From contig DBQI01000028.1 of assembly GCA_002305165.1 (NCBI GenBank), positions 6,801 through 70,800 on the forward strand: 64,000 nucleotides of DNA, given 5' to 3'. A program made the translations under genes and the position numbers. The stretch is from Armatimonadetes bacterium UBA1398. GTDB lineage: Bacteria > Armatimonadota > Zipacnadia > UBA1398. Below the pieces are notes generated by a model. That model ran no database searches. It was given only the letters and a program-made list of their open reading frames with translations, and was not told the origin of the DNA. Below, piece by piece: positions 58,356 through 64,000 of the stretch (position 1 is its first letter; every line of letters starts with the position of its first letter).

Positions 58356-58469
58356 GGCACTGTCTCCTCTCCTGGGCCAGCCCGTCCGAGCTCTGTGCCA
58401 ATCGGATCACCACCCCACCCCTGGGGTGTGTCAGAGTATAGACGCGCGAATCATCCGAATGGTTACAAG

Positions 58470-59270
58470 CTATTGATCGGAGAGGTGGCGCCCCTCAGGA
58501 GCCGGCGCCAGGCGCATGGCTTCCGCCGCCTCGTCGACTCGACGCCGCCAAGCCCAGAAGCTGCGGGCATAGGCCAGGTCTCGTTGTTGCACGTGCCTGA
58601 TCCCGATGAGCGACCATGTGACGACGATGGCGAGGATGGGAACGATGAGGATGGCGGTCCAGGTGCCTGTGAAGAGGACGGCGTCGTAGAGGGCATGAGC
58701 GGCGGTCGCCACTCCGAAGCCCGTCAGGAGGAACCGGGTGCGCTTGCGCGGGACCATCTTGGCGGCCCCCACCCAGAGGCCCATGAGGATGCCGAAGCCC
58801 GCGTGACCCGGCACCGCGGTGACCGCTCGCATCGTCCCCGTGAGCGCAATACCGAAGGGGCCATCGGTGAGCCCGCTCATGCCGACGTATAGGATGTTCT
58901 CCAGCGTCGCGAACCCGAGGGACGCCGCCACGCAGTAGAGCACGCCATCGAAGATCTGGTTGAACTCCCGGCGGCGGAAGGGAAGCGCGAGCACGGCCAG
59001 CAACTTGCCCGACTCCTCAGCCAGGCCCACGAAGGTCGCCGCCACAAGGGCCGAGCCGAGGGGCATGCCTTCGCCTGCGGCATCGGCCATGCCTGGCCCG
59101 AGTTTGTCCGCGAGGAGCTCGAGGCCCACGGCCCAGACGCTGGAGAGCGCGCCCAAACCCACCGTCCCCCATACGAGTCCGGGGGGTTCCGGGTCCGCGC
59201 GGTCGCGCACCAGGATCCACCAAAGGATCAGGGCGCTGGGCGCAACGGCCACGATGAGACAGACGCTCAC
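58470..59270 (-). CDS. PrsW-family intramembrane metalloprotease
   Basis: Polytopic membrane protein with EESGK (EExxK) and FATLEN (FxxxEN) motifs plus conserved His residues. Confidence 0.7.
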   Translation of the reverse strand: MSVCLIVAVAPSALILWWILVRDRADPEPPGLVWGTVGLGALSSVWAVGLELLADKLGPGMADAAGEGMPLGSALVAATFVGLAEESGKLLAVLALPFRRREFNQIFDGVLYCVAASLGFATLENILYVGMSGLTDGPFGIALTGTMRAVTAVPGHAGFGILMGLWVGAAKMVPRKRTRFLLTGFGVATAAHALYDAVLFTGTWTAILIVPILAIVVTWSLIGIRHVQQRDLAYARSFWAWRRRVDEAAEAMRLAPAPEGRHLSDQ

Positions 59271-59361
59271 GAGAGGCTCCTAAGGGACGTCAGTGCCCGG
59301 ACAGCGGACTGGGGAGCCCCCGTAGGAGCTCCCCAGCGACACGAACATGCAACCTTTGCGG

Positions 59362-60153
59362 TTACCTGTACTCGGGCGCCACGTTGGCGATCTTGGGCTT
59401 GAGCCAGCCCGGCTGCTCCCAGCCGCCGCCGACCCACCAGGCCCAGAGGAAGTCATCGGGCGGGATGAAGCTATTGTTCGGCCAGTCGTTGCCCCAGTTG
59501 AGGTTCCCGAAGCTGGCCTGCAGTTTCATGGCCTTCGCATGGCCATCGGTGAAGGCGAAGTTGCTGATGCCGTTGTGCGTGGTCATCAGGCCCTTATTGC
59601 CATCGAACCAGATGCGTGCGTCGATCCAGTCCTGCTTCCAGTCCGAGTTCCACTCACGGCTCTCCGGGATCATGATGATGCTCGCAGGCCGGGGACAGGC
59701 CGACATCTTGCCGTACCAGATCCAGTCGTGAGACCACACATAGCTGTAGGCATAGCTCCGGCGGATCCCCTGGGACCATCCCCGCGGGGACGCCCATAGG
59801 GGCTCGTTGGGCCGCTCGAAGGTTGGGCACAGGAAGATCTGGCCGTTCTTCACGTACGGGATGATCGCGGTGCGCCAGTCGATCTCGATGTACCAAGGAT
59901 TGAAACCTAGGTCAGCGGGCGGGGGATCGAACCCTGGATCGTAGTACCACCCCAAGGGCAGCGTCTCGTCGTTGTCCTGGCCATAAGCATGGATGGCCGT
60001 CGCAAGCTGTCGGATGTTGGAGAGACACGAGGTCTGCCGAGCCTTCTCCCGCGCCTTTGCGAAGACGGGGAAGAGGATTGCCGCGAGAATGGCGATGATC
60101 GCGATGACAACGAGCAACTCAATGAGCGTGAAGCCGCGCTGGCGTCTCGTCAT
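59362..60153 (-). CDS. DUF1559 'H-X9-DG' prepilin-like protein, paralog A
   Basis: [47 protein letters not shown]-terminal [28 protein letters not shown]. Confidence 0.85.
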   Translation of the reverse strand: MTRRQRGFTLIELLVVIAIIAILAAILFPVFAKAREKARQTSCLSNIRQLATAIHAYGQDNDETLPLGWYYDPGFDPPPADLGFNPWYIEIDWRTAIIPYVKNGQIFLCPTFERPNEPLWASPRGWSQGIRRSYAYSYVWSHDWIWYGKMSACPRPASIIMIPESREWNSDWKQDWIDARIWFDGNKGLMTTHNGISNFAFTDGHAKAMKLQASFGNLNWGNDWPNNSFIPPDDFLWAWWVGGGWEQPGWLKPKIANVAPEYR

Positions 60154-60311
60154 GTCCTAATACACCTCCGTTGTGGGAACTGCCTGACCTGATCGGTCCG
60201 GACGGTCAGGCACTAAGTGCGGAATACATCGGATCCCGGTTCCGAGTGCGAGCACCACAGGCGTTGTTCGCCCCTACACTATCGAGAAGGCCCTCGGCCG
60301 GCCGGCGAAGC

Positions 60312-60573
60312 GGCTAGAACCGCCCTACCCCTCCTCTCCGGAGGCTGGGGGCGGGACGCAGGGCAAGCAGGACGAGTAAGCCGGCGATGTCGCGGCTGCC
60401 GGATATACCCAAGCTGCGGCCAAAGGTGCAGTCTCGCATGAGCCCGACCACCGTAGTGTAATGCAGCCCATGGCGCCTCTGCCGGCATAACGGGCATCCC
60501 CCGGCGCCACGGGCGGGTACCATTCTTTTTGACCATTCGACCACGCGCCATCAATACCTCTAAGGGTTGAGAG
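60312..60573 (-). promoter_or_regulatory. Conserved leader/promoter element, copy A (~250 nt), upstream of H-X9-DG paralog A
   Basis: About 80-85% identical to 62033..62276. Core GTAAGCCGGCGATGTCGCGGCTGCCGGATATACCCAAGCTGC...GCAGTCTCGCATGAGCCCGACCA...GCGCCTCTGCCGGCATA..GGCATCCCCCGGCGCCA. Confidence 0.55.
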
Positions 60574-60743
60574 CGCCAGGTGATGGTACCTCGTATTGCG
60601 TACCGGCTTGCGCCAAAAGCCGGAACCCTCAGACAGCCATGCGCCGGTTCAAGCAACTCGCCGCCTTGGACGCCCCAAACCCGGATCCCCGGCCTCGGTG
60701 CCTGTCAGTACGCTGGAAGGCGGTGCGGGGCCACCTGAAGCGA

Positions 60744-60777
60744 GAAGGGGACGGCCCGGTGACGGGCCGTCCCCTTC
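60744..60777 (-). terminator. Strong hairpin (15-bp stem, GTGA loop) downstream of the lipoprotein gene 60815..61045
   Basis: GAAGGGGACGGCCCG-gtga-CGGGCCGTCCCCTTC, 40 nt past the stop. Confidence 0.5.
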
Positions 60778-60814
60778 CGGTAGGCGCCTAACTCAGCTCG
60801 TGCTGGGAGCCTCT

Positions 60815-61045
60815 CTAGTTGGTCTCGCCAGCCGGCGCCTCCTGCTTCGCCATAGCGCCCTCAGGCGCCGGCGCGGTGCCAGCGCCCCCTCCACCCTCGG
60901 GGCGGCCGGCAGCGGTGCCGCCTGGCGGCGGCGGGGCAGCCGCTTCCGCCTCGCTGAGTTTGGTCTGGCTCGCACGGCAGCCGATAAACGCCACTGCGAG
61001 CATCGCCAGCACGATACAGATGATCACGATGGTCCGGAGACGCAT
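60815..61045 (-). CDS. Small Ala/Gly/Pro-rich lipoprotein
   Basis: MRLRTIVIICIVLAMLAVAFIGC lipobox. Low-complexity tail. 21 nt downstream of H-X9-DG paralog B. Confidence 0.5.
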   Translation of the reverse strand: MRLRTIVIICIVLAMLAVAFIGCRASQTKLSEAEAAAPPPPGGTAAGRPEGGGGAGTAPAPEGAMAKQEAPAGETN

Positions 61046-61114
61046 CTTACTGTCCCTTCCTTCCTGGCCCCTGGTGGGGCGAAACACGAGCACAGCGAGC
61101 CGTCTGACTCGAGC

Positions 61115-61855
61115 CTAAGGCTCGACGCAGTTGGGGCGCAGGATCGGACGCTGGCGCATGTCCGTCCAGCCGCTGGTCATGGCGTAGCTGATGACTGAGT
61201 TCTTGCTGTAGTACTTGGCGTGTCCGTCGAGGTACGTGCCGTTCTGACCGTCATTGTGGTGGGCAGTCCAGGGACTCCAGCCGCCCCAGCGCACCCGTCC
61301 CATGCCATCGGCTGGGTAGCCGCTCCCGTCCCAGTCATTCACGATGCCGGACGCGAACGTCTCGCACTGGATGAGGGTCTGCGCGACCAGCGGTGTCGCC
61401 GCTAGTGCGGTGTAGCCCCCGTTGCTGTTGTACATGAACTCACTGTAGCCATAGCTCATCCCACCGGAGCCAGACCAGCGGTCGCCCTCGGAGTCACTCG
61501 GGCACTGCAGGAGCTGCAGGTTCTTGATGTAGGGCTGCACCGCGACAGCGTATACGCGGGCCCAACCCTCAGTGGGCGCTCCTGCCGGCACAGTCGGCCA
61601 GAGCTCCCAAGGCCAGTAGTTGCCTCCGCCGGGCTTGGCGGCTCCAAACGGCATGCCAGGGAGCTTCTCATCGTAGTCCTGAGCGTAGGACAGGAATGCG
61701 GTCCCCAACTGCCTGCAGTTCGAGAGACACGAGGTCTGGCGAGCTTTCTCCCGCGCCTTCGCGAAAACAGGGAAAAGGATGGCTGCGAGAATAGCGATGA
61801 TCGCGATGACAACGAGCAGCTCTATGAGTGTGAAACCGCGCTGGTGTCTCGTCAT
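61115..61855 (-). CDS. DUF1559 'H-X9-DG' prepilin-like protein, paralog B
   Basis: [63 protein letters not shown]. Confidence 0.85.
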   Translation of the reverse strand: MTRHQRGFTLIELLVVIAIIAILAAILFPVFAKAREKARQTSCLSNCRQLGTAFLSYAQDYDEKLPGMPFGAAKPGGGNYWPWELWPTVPAGAPTEGWARVYAVAVQPYIKNLQLLQCPSDSEGDRWSGSGGMSYGYSEFMYNSNGGYTALAATPLVAQTLIQCETFASGIVNDWDGSGYPADGMGRVRWGGWSPWTAHHNDGQNGTYLDGHAKYYSKNSVISYAMTSGWTDMRQRPILRPNCVEP

Positions 61856-62032
61856 GTCCTATTACACCTCCGTTGTCTGTACTATCTGAGTCGATCGGTC
61901 CACATGGCGCCGTGCTAGGTGTGAGGTGCGGCAAGCCAGGGCACTGAGCGAAACCACCTCGGGCTCAGCCAGCCGCGTACTGTGGACAGCGCCTCGGTCA
62001 ACCCGTGAGAGGGCGACTAGGGGCGCCCTGGG

Positions 62033-62276
62033 CCTCCTTCCCGCAGGCTCAGGGCGGGACGTGGACCAGGCAGGACGGGTAAGCCGGCGATGTCGCGGCT
62101 GCCGGATATACCCAAGCTGCAACAGAAGGCGCAGTCTCGCATGAGCCCGACCATCATAATGTGATGTAGCCCACGGCGCCTCTGCCGGCATACCGGCATC
62201 CCCCGGCGCCAGGGGCTGGGGTCATCCTTTTGGATTATACGACCACCGTGCCGTCAATACCTCTCAGGTGAGAGTG
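62033..62276 (-). promoter_or_regulatory. Conserved leader/promoter element, copy B, upstream of paralog B. Includes a -10-like TATAAT (minus strand, 62233-62238).
   Basis: Aligns with 60312..60573. Minus-strand reading contains TTGACGGCACGGTGGTCGTATAAT. Confidence 0.55.
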
Positions 62277-62370
62277 TTGCTTCAGTATACCCTGTTTCGA
62301 GTGCCGGTATGCGCGGTATGCCTGGGCGCCCGCGCGCACTGAACTCCCATGTGCGCACTGCCAAACGCAA

Positions 62371-62399
62371 GCAGCCCCTCGGAGGATCCGAGGGGCTGC
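62371..62399 (-). terminator. Hairpin GCAGCCCCTCGGA-gga-TCCGAGGGGCTGC followed by a U-rich run on the minus strand
   Basis: 13-bp perfect stem about 37 nt past the stop of lipoprotein gene 62436..62696. rc continues TTGCGTTTGG. Confidence 0.55.
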
Positions 62400-62435
62400 T
62401 CTCTCTACCTCTACTTGGTACTGACCGGGGGGAGA

Positions 62436-62696
62436 CTAATCCCCGGCCGGGGCGGCTTCGGTATTGCCCTGGGCGGGCGCCCCGGTGCCGCCTTTCGCGG
62501 CCATGCCGGTACTCCCGCCAGCGCCCGTGGCGCCCATGCCGGTTCCGCCGCCACCGGGGCCTGTGGCGCCCTTGGCGTTCGGGCCAGACGATCCGCCGGT
62601 GACCATGTCCTTGCCACTGTTGCAGCCAACGGCGATGGATACGGCGATCACTAGTGAGGCTATCAGGAGAAGTGCCAAAAGAGCCTTTCGATTCAT
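62436..62696 (-). CDS. Small Gly-rich lipoprotein
   Basis: MNRKALLALLLIASLVIAVSIAVGC lipobox. GGTG/GATG repeats. Follows H-X9-DG paralog C. Confidence 0.5.
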   Translation of the reverse strand: MNRKALLALLLIASLVIAVSIAVGCNSGKDMVTGGSSGPNAKGATGPGGGGTGMGATGAGGSTGMAAKGGTGAPAQGNTEAAPAGD

Positions 62697-62747
62697 GTTA
62701 CCGTGCCTCCCATGGGGCCGATTTGGCCTATAGATTGCTCACGAAAA

Positions 62748-63548
62748 CTACCTGTACTCGGGGATCTGTCCACACTGCTGCTGCCAGCCACGCAGGACGT
62801 TCGAGTCGGGGCCCGACCACCACTCCCACAGGAAGTCGTCCGCCGGGACCTGGCCAGGCGCCCAGTTCAGCGCGCCGAAGGTCGCCTGGGGCTTCATCGC
62901 CTTGGCGTGGCCGTCCATGAAGGACCAGTTGCACATGCCGTTATGGGACGTGAAGGCGCCCTTGTTGGCGTCCAGCCAACTGGGCCACGGCAGGACCCAC
63001 GTTCCGAGATCGGAGTACTCGTACCGGCTCTCCATGAGGAGCAGGCTGGTCGACGGGCGGGGCGTCTCACCAATGGGCCGACCGTTCCGGGCATATTCGG
63101 GATGAGCCCAGCTGTGACAACCAGCGTAGGAGCGTCGGATCTTCATCTCGACCCAAGCCCTGGGTTGGGTCCACAGGGGCTCGTTGGGCCTCTCATAGGT
63201 CGCGCAGACGTGGATATTGCCGCTCTTCATGTAGGGGAAGGTGGCGTCGCGGTAACCGTGGTTGACGCCCCAGGGATCCCAGTCATCGGGAGGGGGCGAG
63301 CTCTGGCTCGGCGGAGGCAGGACCCAGGTCGGGTCGGGATAGTCGGGGCAAGGGAACTTCTCGTCATAGTCCTGAGCGTAACTTAGGATGCCGGTCGAGA
63401 GCTGTCTGAGGTTGGAGAGACATGAGGTCTGACGGGCTTTCTCCCTCGCTTTGGCGAACACGGGGAAGAGGATAGCTGCGAGAATAGCGATGATGGCGAT
63501 GACAACGAGCAACTCAATGAGGGTAAAACCACGACGTCGTGCAAACAT
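62748..63548 (-). CDS. DUF1559 'H-X9-DG' prepilin-like protein, paralog C
   Basis: Start [46 protein letters not shown] with [28 protein letters not shown]. The listed ORF is extended to 63704. Confidence 0.85.
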   Translation of the reverse strand: MFARRRGFTLIELLVVIAIIAILAAILFPVFAKAREKARQTSCLSNLRQLSTGILSYAQDYDEKFPCPDYPDPTWVLPPPSQSSPPPDDWDPWGVNHGYRDATFPYMKSGNIHVCATYERPNEPLWTQPRAWVEMKIRRSYAGCHSWAHPEYARNGRPIGETPRPSTSLLLMESRYEYSDLGTWVLPWPSWLDANKGAFTSHNGMCNWSFMDGHAKAMKPQATFGALNWAPGQVPADDFLWEWWSGPDSNVLRGWQQQCGQIPEYR

Positions 63549-63678
63549 AGGTGCAACACCTCCGCTGAATGCCCCCGCCCCCCACGGGAGCCAGGCTGCA
63601 TGGCTACGGCGCCACGCAGACCTGCTTGCTTCCATGCACAGCATACTACGATCGACCTGCAGCGCGAACACGCTCAGT

Positions 63679-64000
63679 CTAGCCGTTCCCCCTAGGTACC
63701 TCACCCTCTAGAGGCAAACGTAGGGTGAACTCTGAGCCCTTATCTAGTTCCGACGCCACCGATACGGTTCCTCCATGTGCCTCAACCGCCCGCCTCACGA
63801 TTCGGGTCCCGAGTCCCGTCCCTCCCGGCTTGGTTGAGACAGCGCGATCGGTGAAGAGCCGGCTCCGCACTTCCTCCTTCATCCCACGGCCTGTGTCGGC
63901 GACGACGACCTGAACGTACCCGCCCTCGGGGAACGACCCTTCCTCAACCCACGAGGTAGCCACCGAGATCCGCCCGCCCTCGGGGGTCTCGGGGATGGCG
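63679..64000 (-). CDS. Sensor histidine kinase, C-terminal HATPase_c portion. Gene continues beyond the window end.
   Basis: [12 protein letters not shown]...[26 protein letters not shown] gives G1/G2 box motifs. The frame is open through 64000. Confidence 0.7.
   Translation of the reverse strand, partial: AIPETPEGGRISVATSWVEEGSFPEGGYVQVVVADTGRGMKEEVRSRLFTDRAVSTKPGGTGLGTRIVRRAVEAHGGTVSVASELDKGSEFTLRLPLEGEVPRGNG

Noticed and set aside
1-64000. CRISPR arrays, rRNA and tRNA genes
   Set aside because: No short regularly spaced direct repeats were seen, and no rRNA-like conserved stretches. No intergenic segment showed an obvious tRNA cloverleaf by eye. A tRNAscan/Infernal run would be needed for certainty.

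Overview
The window is a high-GC (about 65-70%) bacterial chromosomal segment. Gene content resembles Armatimonadota, Planctomycetota or Verrucomicrobiota-like genomes: many secreted discoidin/PD40 beta-propeller proteins, glycoside-hydrolase-like genes, Gfo/Idh/MocA and ThuA oxidoreductases, and four DUF1559 'H-X9-DG' prepilin-like paralogs. Housekeeping anchors are pheT, ftsK and sucCD. No rRNA, tRNA or CRISPR array was recognised by eye.

Regions that stand out from the core:
- 1-1294: a lower-GC, edge-truncated DUF262 (DGQQR motif) GmrSD-like gene.
- 20103-22499: a group-I-like ECF transporter with an FmdE-family gene inserted between its S and T components.
- 30534-32837: a solitary TaqI/Eco57I-like N6-adenine methyltransferase with no endonuclease nearby.
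- 48.6-53.5 kb: a decayed mobile-DNA island. It holds an FmdB zinc-ribbon gene, an internally deleted IS630-family transposase, and a low-GC cassette (caspase/CHAT-like fragment plus PepSY membrane protein) bracketed by two about 93%-identical 420-bp direct repeats, each carrying the 5' stub of a DDE transposase.
- 59.3-63.6 kb: a tandem array of three H-X9-DG paralogs. Two are each followed by a small Gly/Ala-rich lipoprotein and a terminator hairpin, and two are preceded by a conserved leader element of about 250 nt.

Most long ORFs lying antisense to these genes are high-GC artefacts.
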